A stretch of DNA of 64,000 nucleotides from an uncultured delta proteobacterium (lineage in GTDB: Bacteria; Desulfobacterota; Binatia; UBA9968): assembly GCA_963727625.1 (NCBI GenBank), contig CAVSHR010000004.1:96001-160000 (forward strand). The letters run 5' to 3'. The translations under genes were made by a program, and so were the position numbers. The notes beneath the pieces were generated by a model, which was given only the letters and a program-made list of their open reading frames with translations, was not told the DNA's origin and did no database searches. Of this stretch, positions 35,785 to 46,351 are shown one piece after another (position 1 is the first letter of the stretch; every line of letters begins with the position of its first letter).

Positions 35785-37218
35785 TCAGGCAGCTTTCTTG
35801 ATGGAGAACTTGCCGTCGGAGAACATCAGCATGGTATTGCGTTGGTCGACGATGGATTCCATGACGACGCCCCGCCCCCAGAGTTGCTGGACATACTTCA
35901 AAGTTCTTTCGGCGTAATCGAGCTGGAGATCGCGGCCGTCGTGATAATGCTTGAGCAACAACGTGCGGTTGTTGAGATAGTCGGAGTCCTCAACTTTAAT
36001 GACCGGTATCGTCGCGGTCCCGACGTTTTGGATCAGAGTTTCTTTGATCTGGCGCCAGTTATCTTCGTCGGCGACGCGGCTGACCACCTGGTCGTTGCCC
36101 CGGGTCTTGTATTCAAAGAGATTGAGCTCCCGGATCAGCTCTTCGGTCAAGTAACGGCGTAAAAACGAGGCGTCCCGCTCCACGTCGCGCACTTCAAATA
36201 ATTTGTCCATTCCGCTCTTCCGGCGCGGGCCGAATTCCGCGATTTCCGCCGCCGTCGGATTGTCCCAGCGTTTTTGGATATCCTCCCAAACTTTCATGCC
36301 GACATGGTAGGGGTTCAAATCGCCGGCAGAGGGGCGGAGCACTTGGGTGTGGCGGATGATGAACTCCATGTGCAAGCCTTGGGGCAGTTCCAACGCTTCG
36401 ACGATGCGCTTGTGCCAAAAACTGGCCCAGCCTTCGTTCATAATCTTTGTCTCTATTTGCGGCACGAAGTATTGCGCCTGCTTGTGAATGATCGTCAACA
36501 AGTCCTTTTCCCATTCGGACAACTGCGGGTTGTGGTCGCGGATGAAAATTAAGAGGTCCTCATCCGGGTAAAGCGGGACTTTGTTGAAATTCGGCGCGGG
36601 GGGCTCCTTGCGTCGGTGTATGGCGCTGAACGGATCGGCTGGGGGCTCGAATTCCGAAATTTTCATTTCGAGCTCTTCCTCGGCGGTCGGTTTTTTAATC
36701 GCCAAGTTGCGCCGGCACTGCAACGACAGCGCGTGCGCCGCGTCGAGCACCGCTTCGACTTTTTCCAAACCGATGCTGGGATCCTCGACGTAATGACGCA
36801 CGCGATTGGCTTGGTTTTTGAAAGTCTCGATGGTGAATTCGGCGCGGGTGGAACGGAAGGTAAAATTGTTCTTGAAAAAATCGTTGTGGCCATAGACATG
36901 GGCCATCGTCAAGATTTGCAAGGCGAGGCTGTTGTCGCGCATGAGATAGGCGATCGAGGGATTGGAGTTGATGACCATTTCATAGGGCAAACCGCTCACA
37001 CCGTACTCGTAGAGCGTTTTCAATTTTTCGAAGTTCTTGCCGTAGGACCAGTGCGGGTAGTGGGACGGCATGCCGGAGTAAACCATATAGGAAAGCATGT
37101 CGTCGTGATCGCAAATTTCAAATTCTTGGGGAAAGGGGTCGAGGCCGAGGCGCTCGACGAGCGCGAGGATTTTGTCGTTCCAGCGCTCGAGATCTGCGAG
37201 GGTATAATCCACCGACAT
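35785..37218 (-). CDS. spoVR: SpoVR family protein
   Basis: YPHWSYGK, YEMVINSNP, AHVYGHNDFFKNN, TKIMNEGWAS, NPY. Confidence 0.95.
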   Translation of the reverse strand: MSVDYTLADLERWNDKILALVERLGLDPFPQEFEICDHDDMLSYMVYSGMPSHYPHWSYGKNFEKLKTLYEYGVSGLPYEMVINSNPSIAYLMRDNSLALQILTMAHVYGHNDFFKNNFTFRSTRAEFTIETFKNQANRVRHYVEDPSIGLEKVEAVLDAAHALSLQCRRNLAIKKPTAEEELEMKISEFEPPADPFSAIHRRKEPPAPNFNKVPLYPDEDLLIFIRDHNPQLSEWEKDLLTIIHKQAQYFVPQIETKIMNEGWASFWHKRIVEALELPQGLHMEFIIRHTQVLRPSAGDLNPYHVGMKVWEDIQKRWDNPTAAEIAEFGPRRKSGMDKLFEVRDVERDASFLRRYLTEELIRELNLFEYKTRGNDQVVSRVADEDNWRQIKETLIQNVGTATIPVIKVEDSDYLNNRTLLLKHYHDGRDLQLDYAERTLKYVQQLWGRGVVMESIVDQRNTMLMFSDGKFSIKKAA

Positions 37219-37226
37219 CTGCAAAT

Positions 37227-38411
37227 TTAAGCGGCGTCTTCGCGCGCGCGATCCTTGCTCAAAAATATTTTAAACGAGGTCCAAATGTCTTCTTTCTTTT
37301 GGATCAACACCGTCTGAAAGTTGCTTTCCTGGATCTGCGAGAAAAAAGTGACCATGCTGCTGCCGTAATAACCGGCGCCGAGCGGCTTGATTTCGCCGTA
37401 GCCGAACAGGTTTGCCGTGCGGGCAAGCTCCTGCGCGGCCTTGAGAGCGGCCTCATTGTCGGATTCGAAGTTGTCGCCGTCGGAGCAATGAAACACGTAA
37501 ACATTCCAGAGCGCGGGGTGGTAGCGTGCTTCGATGATTTCCAGCGCTTTGTTGTATCCTGAAGAAATGAACGTGCCTCCGGACTCGCCCTTGTGAAAAA
37601 ATTCCTCTTCGCTCACTTCGCGGGCCTCTGTGTGATGGGCGATGAAGACGATTTCGACGTTTTGATAACGGGTGCAAAGGAACTGGTACAAGAGAAAGAA
37701 AAAACTGCGCGCCAAATATTTTTTCATGGTGTCCATGGAGCCGGAGGTGTCCATGATGCAAAGCACCACGGCGTTGGATTCGTTGCGCGTGTCGGTGACC
37801 GTGTGATGATAGCGCAGATCGTCCTGATGAAAGGGAAAACGTCGCCCCGGCGCGACGCCGGGGGATTGCTGCCTGAGCGTGGCCTTTTTGCGCTTGACCC
37901 GCGAGCGGGCGGTGCGTTTTTTGTCCAGACGCACGCGGATTCCCTTGCGGCGAAAGCCTTTTTGGCGAAAAAGTCGCTCGATCTCGATTTGACGCAAGCG
38001 TTTGCGCTCGATGTCGGGCAGTTCGAGATCCTCGAACATCAGCTCGACCAGCTCGTCGAGGCTTACGTCGGTTTCATAGTAATCGACGCCGGGACGGTCG
38101 CCTGCCTGCCGCCCCGATTTTCCCTCTTTGCCTTGGCCTACCACATCCCCGGGCTTAGGATCGCCGTCGCCACCCTCGCCGACGCCGGGAGCGTTCTCGC
38201 CATAGATGAAGCGGTACTCCTTGATGCCGCGGATCGGAACTTTGATGATTCGGTTGCGATCTTTGCCGATAATCGACTCTTCGGCGATGATGTCGGCGAT
38301 ATTATCGCGGATTGCTTCGCGAATCTTTTGCCGATGGCGCAGTCGGTCACCGGCGCTACGATCGCTGCGCTGTGCCGACGATGGGTTGTACGGGCGAAAA
38401 ATGGTAGTCAA
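37227..38411 (-). CDS. yeaH: YeaH/YhbH (DUF444) vWA-like protein
   Basis: DRLRH, MDTSGSM, ESGGT, SDGDN, FGYGEI. Confidence 0.93.
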   Translation of the reverse strand: MTTIFRPYNPSSAQRSDRSAGDRLRHRQKIREAIRDNIADIIAEESIIGKDRNRIIKVPIRGIKEYRFIYGENAPGVGEGGDGDPKPGDVVGQGKEGKSGRQAGDRPGVDYYETDVSLDELVELMFEDLELPDIERKRLRQIEIERLFRQKGFRRKGIRVRLDKKRTARSRVKRKKATLRQQSPGVAPGRRFPFHQDDLRYHHTVTDTRNESNAVVLCIMDTSGSMDTMKKYLARSFFFLLYQFLCTRYQNVEIVFIAHHTEAREVSEEEFFHKGESGGTFISSGYNKALEIIEARYHPALWNVYVFHCSDGDNFESDNEAALKAAQELARTANLFGYGEIKPLGAGYYGSSMVTFFSQIQESNFQTVLIQKKEDIWTSFKIFLSKDRAREDAA

Positions 38412-38450
38412 ATCGACACCTACGATCTTATTTCGGGATCCGACTTCCGG

Positions 38451-40385
38451 TTAATCCTTCCATAAATTATTAGCGGCGTACTTGAGCGCTACATCGACGC
38501 AGCTTGGGCAGTAACCGTGCTCGAGCAGGTTTTTGACCATGGCGTCGTATTTCTCGGACTGCTCTTCATCGCGCATGCGCGCTTTGGTAATCACCCGGCT
38601 CAGGTCACGAACGGAAGTGCTTAGTTTTTTCTCGATCGCTTCCTTCAGCGGTTCGTAACTTCGATAGTCGATTTTCTCGGCGCGCCGGTTGGCGGCCCAC
38701 AGATAGGCGATCACTTCCTGGCGAAAACCGTCCGCCGCCGAGCCGATGATCGCAATCTGTTCTTCGATGGACTTCATGAAGCCTTCGTCGGGCGCCAGCT
38801 CTTCTTTGGTGTTGCGGTCTTTGACTTTGCTCTTGTTGACGTAGGCCTCGGCGTGGTCGAGATAGTTTTGGAACAGCGCTTCGGCCTGTTCTTGATAGGA
38901 GTAGACGAAGGCGCGGGTGATCTCTTTTTCGAGGACCTCCAGATATTCCTTGTGCAGCGTATCCTGGAGGAATTCGAGATGCTGTTTGCGCGTGTCGTCG
39001 GAAAGATCGGCTTCCTTGACCATGTTGATCAAAGCCTCGCGGACGTTGATTGCGTTAATGCAGTTGCCTGCCGTGTTGTCTGACAAAGCGTTGTCCAATG
39101 CCTTCATAATGAAGCGGGTGGAAATACCGGTCATGCCTTCCCGTTTGCTGCTGTCGCGCAACTCCTGGACGTCGACTTTTTTCGCCCGGCCTTTCTCAAC
39201 CACTTCCTCGCCGTTGTAGAGCTTGAGTTTGGTCATCAGATCGCACTTGTTGGTTGGCTCTAGCCGGGACAGGATCGCGAACATCGAGGCGATTTCCAAC
39301 GTGTGCGGCGCGACGTGCGCGCGAAAGTCGGAATTGCGGATGATCTTCTGATAAATTTTGACTTCCTCGGACAATCTCAGGTTGTACGGCACCCGCACCA
39401 CGACGATGCGGTCAAGAATGGCTTCGTTGGTGTGGTCCGCCTTAAACTTTTGCCACTCCGCTTCGTTGGAGTGAGCGACGATCACGGTGTCGACGTAAAC
39501 CAGTCCGTGGCGTCCCGGCGCCGGCACCACCTTTTCCTGAGTCGCGGTGATCATGCAGTGCAGATATTCGATCTCGTTCTTAAAGACTTCGATGAACTCG
39601 ACCATGCCCCGATTGCCGATGTTGAGCGCGCCGTTCAGTTCGAGCACGCGCGGGTCCCCCTCGGAATATAAGTCGAGCTTGGAAATATCTTCGCTGCCGA
39701 TCAATACCGAGGTGTCCTGGTTGTTCGGATCCACGGGCGGCACTACGCCGATGCCCACTCGAGCCCGTTTGGAAAACTCCACGGTGACCACGGGAAACTC
39801 TTCATATTTACCGGCATACTCTTGAGTCAGCTTGTACCGGCAGACGGGACAGAGGTCGCCCTCGATGTGGACGCCGAGCATTTTCTCGAACTCCTTGCGC
39901 AGATGGCGCGGAATAAGATGCAAGGGATCCTCAAACATCGGACAACCTTCGATGGCATAGAACGGCTCGCTTTCCTCCAGGCCGCGATGCAGCTTTTCCA
40001 CCAGCGAACTTTTGCCTGAGCCGACTGGACCCATGAGATAGAGTACCTGGCGGCTCTCTTCGCCCTTCAGCGAGGCGGCGTGAAAATAACGGACGATCTG
40101 GGAAACGGTTTTCTCAATGCCGAAGAATTCGTCGGCGAAGAAGTTAAAGAGCTTGATGGATTCGTCTTTGTAGAGCCTTTTGACGCGGGGATCGTTGTTC
40201 TCGTGGATATCGCCCACGCCGGCTTTCATGATCACATCGTACATGCGCGCATGGGCCAGCTTGGTAGTCGTCGGGTCGGCCTTGACTTTTTCCAGATACC
40301 CCAGCAGGTTGCCACGCCAAGAACGCGTTAGGTGCGAGTCCCGATCCTTCTTGATCAGTTGTTCGATTTCCTTGTTATGGTCCAT
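38451..40385 (-). CDS. prkA: PrkA/YeaG family AAA+ serine protein kinase
   Basis: FFGIE, GPVGSGKSS, NRGMVEFIE, NEAILDR, EGMTGISTRF. Confidence 0.95.
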   Translation of the reverse strand: MDHNKEIEQLIKKDRDSHLTRSWRGNLLGYLEKVKADPTTTKLAHARMYDVIMKAGVGDIHENNDPRVKRLYKDESIKLFNFFADEFFGIEKTVSQIVRYFHAASLKGEESRQVLYLMGPVGSGKSSLVEKLHRGLEESEPFYAIEGCPMFEDPLHLIPRHLRKEFEKMLGVHIEGDLCPVCRYKLTQEYAGKYEEFPVVTVEFSKRARVGIGVVPPVDPNNQDTSVLIGSEDISKLDLYSEGDPRVLELNGALNIGNRGMVEFIEVFKNEIEYLHCMITATQEKVVPAPGRHGLVYVDTVIVAHSNEAEWQKFKADHTNEAILDRIVVVRVPYNLRLSEEVKIYQKIIRNSDFRAHVAPHTLEIASMFAILSRLEPTNKCDLMTKLKLYNGEEVVEKGRAKKVDVQELRDSSKREGMTGISTRFIMKALDNALSDNTAGNCINAINVREALINMVKEADLSDDTRKQHLEFLQDTLHKEYLEVLEKEITRAFVYSYQEQAEALFQNYLDHAEAYVNKSKVKDRNTKEELAPDEGFMKSIEEQIAIIGSAADGFRQEVIAYLWAANRRAEKIDYRSYEPLKEAIEKKLSTSVRDLSRVITKARMRDEEQSEKYDAMVKNLLEHGYCPSCVDVALKYAANNLWKD

Positions 40386-40886
40386 TCCGGCAGCCTCCCT
40401 TGTTCTTGTTCCTACCGATAATAATTGGTGCGCACGCGCCTTTAGGTCGGCAATTCAAACCCACGAACAATGGCAGCGAAAGGTTAAAGCTGGATAAATG
40501 GTGCAAAGCTGGCGAGGATGCTATTTTAAACTCTTGTATCACGTCGCGAATGAAAAACCACCAATCGCAGAGCCTGTGACGAGATCGGATGGGGGCGGGA
40601 CGGGGGAGTATTTTACAGCTTGCATGCGACCTCCTTTTCACTTTTTGCTGGTGGGCCAGCCATGCGGCTCTTACTCGTTAGACGCCCGAAGGCGAGATGC
40701 TATTCACCTTCTAAACATTTGATTGTATTGCAACGCAAATCGGCACTGTTGTCAAGGTAATTCGGTGTCATCACCCGGCCGGTGCGGGATGAAAATATCC
40801 TGTGTGATTATCTTCCGAAGCGTTGTCTGTTAGAATGGACATAAGGCGCCACCTGCGTGGGAATGCGGGAAGAGACGACAGAGATC

Positions 40887-41411
40887 ATGCGACAAGAAGC
40901 ACTACAAATCGAAGCGGGCATACGATGGTACGCCGTCCGTACCAAGGTCAATCGGGAAAAGGATGTCGAGAAACGGTTCACCGATCTCAAGATTGAGGTC
41001 TTTCTTCCATGGATGCGCACGCGGCGGCGCATCGGAAGCCGGCATCACTGGGTGTTGGCACCGCTGTTTCCCGGCTATATTTTTTGCCATCTGGATATGG
41101 TGGCCTCCGGTAAGGCGGCGCGCTACGCACCGGGTGTGAAGGACTTCCTCACTTTCGGCAGCCGTATCGCGGAAGTGGGCGAGGATATCATCGCGGCCTT
41201 GAAAGAGCGCTGTCCGGGAGGCGTTGCCGAGATCGACCCGCTGAACGCCAAACCGGGCGAGGTCGTGCGCATCAACGAGGGGCCGTTCTCCGGCCTGGAG
41301 GCGATTTTCCAGAGCACCCTCAAAGGCAGCGAACGAGTCGCCGTCTTGCTCGATATTCTCGGCCGCCAAACCCGCATCGTGTTGCCCCGTGAAACCATCG
41401 CCAAGTTATAA
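40887..41411 (+). CDS. RfaH-like NusG paralog (transcription antiterminator)
   Basis: WYAVRTK, PLFPGYIF, KOW motif GEVVRINEGPFSGLEAIF, RVAVLLDILGR. Confidence 0.88.
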   Translation: MRQEALQIEAGIRWYAVRTKVNREKDVEKRFTDLKIEVFLPWMRTRRRIGSRHHWVLAPLFPGYIFCHLDMVASGKAARYAPGVKDFLTFGSRIAEVGEDIIAALKERCPGGVAEIDPLNAKPGEVVRINEGPFSGLEAIFQSTLKGSERVAVLLDILGRQTRIVLPRETIAKL

Positions 41412-41593
41412 AGTCAGCCAACCGCGATAAATTTGAGCGCGCTGTCGATCCCGCCCGTCCGTGACGGCCCTCGACGCGCTGCGGTTCCGAACGCGTGATA
41501 CAAGGTTTTTGCGGCCACCGCGTTTCTTGACAGTGTTCGTCCCGCCTTGATAAATGCCGTTGCATCCGAGTTGATCTTGCGAGGGGGAAACCT

Positions 41594-44077
41594 ATGGGCG
41601 ACCGAACCTGGCAGAGTCGGCTAATTTTCCTTGTCCCGGGGTTGTGTGTCCTTGTCCTGGTCGGACAGACATTTCTTTTCACCGGTCGCTGGTTGAGCGA
41701 GCCCTTTCCCGGTTTTTTTGTTTATAAAAACTTGACGGTGGGGCCGTATTACGCGCCGGGGTGGACTGGCGCCGGAACGGGTTTGCGCTCGCTGGACCAG
41801 ATCGCCCGTATCGACGGGCGACAGGTGCGCAAGCGCGCGGAGCTTTATGATACAGTCCACCGCGCCCCCGCGGGCTCGCTGTTTCGATACCAGGTGCGGC
41901 GCGATGGTCAGACCATGGAATTGACGATCCCGTCGATGAACTTCGGCTTGCGTGATTGGTTTCTGAGCTTCGGCCTCTATACCGTGATCGGTCTGGCCTT
42001 TCTACTCATCGGCATGGCGCCCTATTTCTACCGGGCTTCGGCTGCCGTGGCGCTGCCGTTAGGATTTATGGTCTTGATGGTCTTCGTTTGGTTTCAAACC
42101 ACCTTTGATTTTGTGACCGATGGCGTGCTGCCCAAGGAGTTGCGCATCTTCGCGTTGACGTTGACGCCGAGCGCGGCGATTCACTTGGCGTTGCTGCTTA
42201 AGAACATGAACCTCGCGCCATCAGTCAGACCTTTTTCTCTTGCGGCCATCTACGGAATCGGCGCGGTTCTCGGAACGCTCAACAGCCTGACATTTTTTGC
42301 GGCGCCGCGAATTTGGCTCCCGATCTATCGCAGCGCCTATATTTTTGTTTGCATCGGCGCCGTAACGTTTCTCTGGATTGTCGGCCAATCCTTGCGCCGC
42401 GCCCAATCCGGTCTTGATCGCTCGCGCCTGCGCGTGATGTTCGTCGGCGCCTTGGTCGGATTTTTGGTTCCCGCAATGATGACCGTGGTAGCCAGTGTGT
42501 TCGACTTGCCGATTCCATTTAATGTCGCTTTGATACCGACGATCATGTTCCCCATATCCATCGCCTACGCATTGTTGAAATACAGCTTGTTCGACCTAGG
42601 CAATGCCTTGAAAGTCGCGGTGAGCCGCTTCGGCCTGTTCGCTTTGTTGATCGCCATCTATTCGGTCGTGGCGTTCCTAATGGCGCCGTGGGCCGGTCAG
42701 TATGCCAAAGACCCGCTCGTGCCGGTCTTCTTCTCGATTCTCGTCGTGGCGATTTTTAATCCACTGCTACGCTCGCTGGAGCGCGTCGTTGATCGGTACA
42801 TTTATAGGCAGGCCTATGATCCCGCCAAGGTTCAAAGCGAAGTTAGTCTGTTTCTTCGCACCCTCGACGACGCGCCGGCCTTAGCAGAAGGATTTATCCA
42901 GCGGATCACCCGGCCGTTGGGGATCGCCGAGGCCTGCGTGTTGTATCGCGCCAAAAACATGAACGAGTTTTTAACCGGGTCGACCCGGTCCTCATCACCA
43001 ATGGCCGTTACCGTTGCCGGAGCATACGACGCGGTTGCTGAACTGCTGGAGCGCGCCACCGATCGGGGCATTTCGCCCGGCGAAGTGACGACCAGCCCGC
43101 GCTATCGAGACAAAAAAGAGCAGTTTCTAGCGATATTCGATCAATGCAAAGCGGCGTTTTTTATACCGATGGTCTATATGCGCGAAGTACGGGGCGTGGT
43201 CTGTTGCGGCGCCAAACGCTCGGGCCAGGAATACAGCGGCGAGGATCTGCGCCTCTTGGTGACGTTGACCGACCAGCTGGCTCTGTCATTGGAAAACGGC
43301 CGGCTCTACCAGGAGTCGGTTGAGGCGCGGCAAAAGGCCGAGGCGAGCAACAAAAGGCTGCTCGAGATGGATCGCATCAAGAAAGATTTTGTCGCGAATA
43401 TTTGCCACGAGTTGCGCACTCCGGTCAGCACGATCATCGGTTACAGCGAAGTTCTCAGCGATCCAGGGTTTACGGGCGATCCGCGGGAAATGCTCAACCG
43501 CCTGGTCAATAACGGCCAGGAGCTGTCGAAGCTGATGGACAATCTGATGAATTTTTCGCGGATGGAGACGGACGGGCCCGCGGCCCAATTTGAGCTCGTC
43601 AAGCTCAAGGAAATCTTGACCGCCCTGGAGCTGATGACCCAGCGGCTTATTCGCGAGCGGCCGATTCAATTTGGGATTCATCTAGACGCCGCGGTGGATA
43701 CCATTGAAAGCGACGGCCAAAAGCTTCAGCAAATCCTGGTTCAGCTCTTGACCAACGCGCTCAAGTTTACCGAGAAAGGGCGCATCGAGCTGTCGATCCG
43801 CATGCGCGGCGACGCCGGTCGCGACCTTTTGGAAATCGCCGTCGCCGATACCGGCATCGGCATCAAACGCGAAGACCAGGAAATAATCTTCGACGATTTT
43901 CGCCAACTCGAAGATTCTTCGACACGGCGGTACGGCGGCACCGGTCTCGGACTCGGCTTATGTAAGAAACTGGCCGCTGCCCTGGGCGGCGAAATCCAGG
44001 TGGCCAGCGAATACGGCGTCGGCAGCGTGTTCAGCTTGCTCTTGCCGATCCGGATGGGGGAAATCGCCGCGGCGTGA
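41594..44077 (+). CDS. Sensor histidine kinase (PDZ - multi-TM - GAF - HisKA - HATPase)
   Basis: GLRSLDQIARIDG (PDZ-like), YSGEDLRLL..L..Q..L..EN, CHELRTP, NALKFT, DTGIG, GTGLGL. Confidence 0.92.
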   Translation: MGDRTWQSRLIFLVPGLCVLVLVGQTFLFTGRWLSEPFPGFFVYKNLTVGPYYAPGWTGAGTGLRSLDQIARIDGRQVRKRAELYDTVHRAPAGSLFRYQVRRDGQTMELTIPSMNFGLRDWFLSFGLYTVIGLAFLLIGMAPYFYRASAAVALPLGFMVLMVFVWFQTTFDFVTDGVLPKELRIFALTLTPSAAIHLALLLKNMNLAPSVRPFSLAAIYGIGAVLGTLNSLTFFAAPRIWLPIYRSAYIFVCIGAVTFLWIVGQSLRRAQSGLDRSRLRVMFVGALVGFLVPAMMTVVASVFDLPIPFNVALIPTIMFPISIAYALLKYSLFDLGNALKVAVSRFGLFALLIAIYSVVAFLMAPWAGQYAKDPLVPVFFSILVVAIFNPLLRSLERVVDRYIYRQAYDPAKVQSEVSLFLRTLDDAPALAEGFIQRITRPLGIAEACVLYRAKNMNEFLTGSTRSSSPMAVTVAGAYDAVAELLERATDRGISPGEVTTSPRYRDKKEQFLAIFDQCKAAFFIPMVYMREVRGVVCCGAKRSGQEYSGEDLRLLVTLTDQLALSLENGRLYQESVEARQKAEASNKRLLEMDRIKKDFVANICHELRTPVSTIIGYSEVLSDPGFTGDPREMLNRLVNNGQELSKLMDNLMNFSRMETDGPAAQFELVKLKEILTALELMTQRLIRERPIQFGIHLDAAVDTIESDGQKLQQILVQLLTNALKFTEKGRIELSIRMRGDAGRDLLEIAVADTGIGIKREDQEIIFDDFRQLEDSSTRRYGGTGLGLGLCKKLAAALGGEIQVASEYGVGSVFSLLLPIRMGEIAAA

Positions 44078-44165
44078 CGGCGCTAGTTTAGGCAAGGTTC
44101 TCCCTATAATTTTATCCGAGAGCTGTGCTAGGGTACCGGCAGTTTTTCAAGGGAAGGACGTTGAG

Positions 44166-44363
44166 ATGATGCCGCAATTGCGCCAGTTGGTGATCGCCGC
44201 CGAAGATCCGAAGCGCAGCAATGAAGAGATGCAAGCGCGGGAGGAGAAGGCCGGGGTACGTCGGGGCACGGCGCGGCCGGCGCGCATTCCGTTCGCCGAG
44301 TACCGTACCCACGACCCGGAAGGCAACGGCATCGATATCTCGCAGAAGGGGTGGAAAGTCTAA
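44166..44363 (+). pseudogene. Internally deleted VOC/glyoxalase gene remnant
   Basis: N-terminal LRQLVIAAEDP joined to C-terminal PFAEYRTHDPEGNGIDISQKGWKV. Confidence 0.6.
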
Positions 44364-44371
44364 AGCCAGGG

Positions 44372-44407
44372 GTTCCAATCGTTCAAATCGTTCAAGCCGA
44401 TCAAAAC
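44372..44407 (+). repeat. 9-bp-period array (left arm)
   Basis: gttccaatc gttcaaatc gttcaagcc gatcaaaac. Confidence 0.7.
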
Positions 44408-44462
44408 GTTGCTTAATCCGTATTAGATTGCTGGAAAGCTTTCAACCATAGGTAATCTCGAA

Positions 44463-45116
44463 ATGGCGGTTAATAGCGAAGAGTTTTTGCAAGAAATATT
44501 AGCGCCGGTGCAGGAGTTTTGCCGAACGCTCGACGCCAATCCGCCGGCCTACAGCTATATCCCATTACGCACGGACGCAGAGCGCATCCGCGTGATGCAG
44601 AGCCGACTGTACAATGAGTTGCGCGCGGCTGATCTTTTTGGCACGTGGCTCAAGACCACGCCGGAGCTGGATGTCAAAGCGACGATGGCGGAGTCGGCCC
44701 ATGAAGAGATGGTCCACGCGCAGCTCTTGTCCAAGCGCATTCGCGATCTCGGCGCCGAGCCTTTTGACTACAAGCCGCTGCCGGCGCAAATTGCCATGTT
44801 CAACGCCATGGAAGGGCTCAATGATACATGCGAACGTGTCGCCGGTTTGTCTCTGGCGGGGGAAACCGTGGCCAATTACCTTATTCAAATGTGCCTTAAA
44901 TCCACGGATGTGCCGGAGTGGATCAAGCAGCCCTATCGAAAGATCACCGAAGACGAAGAAGGGCATGGCAGGGTGCCGCAGCACTTCCTCAAGCTCTACG
45001 CCAATACGGAAGACCGCCAGGACCGCGTGCGCCGCGCCGTGGCGATGCGCATGGTGCTGTTCCGCGAGTATCTCGCCAGTCTGGATCGCTGGTCGATGGG
45101 CAAAGATCGCTGGTAA
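44463..45116 (+). CDS. Ferritin-like (diiron four-helix) protein
   Basis: NELRAA, HEEMVH, GETVA, DEEGH ligand pattern. Confidence 0.82.
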   Translation: MAVNSEEFLQEILAPVQEFCRTLDANPPAYSYIPLRTDAERIRVMQSRLYNELRAADLFGTWLKTTPELDVKATMAESAHEEMVHAQLLSKRIRDLGAEPFDYKPLPAQIAMFNAMEGLNDTCERVAGLSLAGETVANYLIQMCLKSTDVPEWIKQPYRKITEDEEGHGRVPQHFLKLYANTEDRQDRVRRAVAMRMVLFREYLASLDRWSMGKDRW

Positions 45117-45209
45117 GCGTTCCGGTCATTCGACACACCGGAACCGTCACTCAGCGGGCTCCACGGCATGCTATTCGGGGCAGAGTCTAGTCCATTTGGC
45201 TTTATCAAT

Positions 45210-45245
45210 GTCCGGATCGGTTTGAACGTCTGGAACGATTGGAAC
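45210..45245 (-). repeat. 9-bp-period array (right arm, inverted)
   Basis: Reverse complement reads gttccaatc gttccagac gttcaaacc gatccggac. Confidence 0.68.
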
Positions 45246-45320
45246 CGTTGCCAGGCAGATTCCCTTGAAGCGTGGCGGCGAATTTCGCTATATCGAACTG
45301 AAACCTTTTTGGAGGGCAGA

Positions 45321-46256
45321 ATGAAAATCCTATTCTTCGATGACTTCAAGTTAGGTGTCCTGAGCGGCGACACCGTAGTCGACCTCTGGTCCCTGGTTCA
45401 GGAGATTCCCCACACCGGGCCGCATAATCTCATCGGCGGCTTGATCGAGCGGTTCGGTGAATATCGGGCAGGGCTGGAAAAAGCTGCGGCGAGCGGAAAG
45501 GGAGTTCCGCTCAAAAATGTGCGCATCCGTCCGCCGCTGCCGCGGCCAGTCAACATCGACTGCATGGCGGTGAATTATATGGAAGACGGCACGCGCAAAG
45601 AGCCGGCGCCGATCAATGCATTCCACAAGTCGCCCGGCTGTGTTATCGGCGACAACGACACCATGGTGCTGCCCGATGTGCCGGCGACGATCTTCGAGGG
45701 AGAAGCAGAGATTGCGGTGGTGATCGGTAAACGAGCCGCCAACGTGCCCGCGGCCCAGGCGATGGAGCATGTGTTCGGTTATATGAACTTCATCGACGGC
45801 TCGGCGCGCGGTCTGCCGCCGTCGGGCAATACTTTTTATCAGATGAAGTCGCGCGAGACCTTCGCGCCGATGGGTCCGTTCCTCGTGACCTCCGATGAGA
45901 TCAAAGACCCGCATAACCTGCAAGTGCAGCTATGGAACAACGGCACACTGATGCAAAACTACAACAGCAGCGACATGGCGCATAAGATCCCGCGCTGCAT
46001 CGAGTGGATCTCCTCGATTCATCCGCTCGAGCCCGGCGACGTGCTCGCTTGTGGGACCAATCATCGCGGCTTGAATCCATTTCAGGACGGCGATTTTATC
46101 GAGCTCGAGACCAAACCCCTCGGGCGATTACGCGTGCAGATCCGCGACGATCTCAAACGCACCTGGGCCAGGGAGACGCGATTACAGCGACAGGAGAAAG
46201 GGCTGGAAGGGCACACGCCGCAGCTTACCGGGAAGTATGCGAAGACAACCGGGTAG
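45321..46256 (+). CDS. Fumarylacetoacetate hydrolase family protein
   Basis: AVNY, FHK, EGEAE, DGSARG, K..TFAPMGP, LEPGDVLACGT. Confidence 0.92.
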   Translation: MKILFFDDFKLGVLSGDTVVDLWSLVQEIPHTGPHNLIGGLIERFGEYRAGLEKAAASGKGVPLKNVRIRPPLPRPVNIDCMAVNYMEDGTRKEPAPINAFHKSPGCVIGDNDTMVLPDVPATIFEGEAEIAVVIGKRAANVPAAQAMEHVFGYMNFIDGSARGLPPSGNTFYQMKSRETFAPMGPFLVTSDEIKDPHNLQVQLWNNGTLMQNYNSSDMAHKIPRCIEWISSIHPLEPGDVLACGTNHRGLNPFQDGDFIELETKPLGRLRVQIRDDLKRTWARETRLQRQEKGLEGHTPQLTGKYAKTTG

Positions 46257-46351
46257 ACCAGTCGGATTGGAGCGCTGGAGCATTGGAGGGTTGGTTCATA
46301 CCGAGAGGCGGGACCGCGAGTCCAAGTGAAACCTTTTGTTTGGAGGTGACC

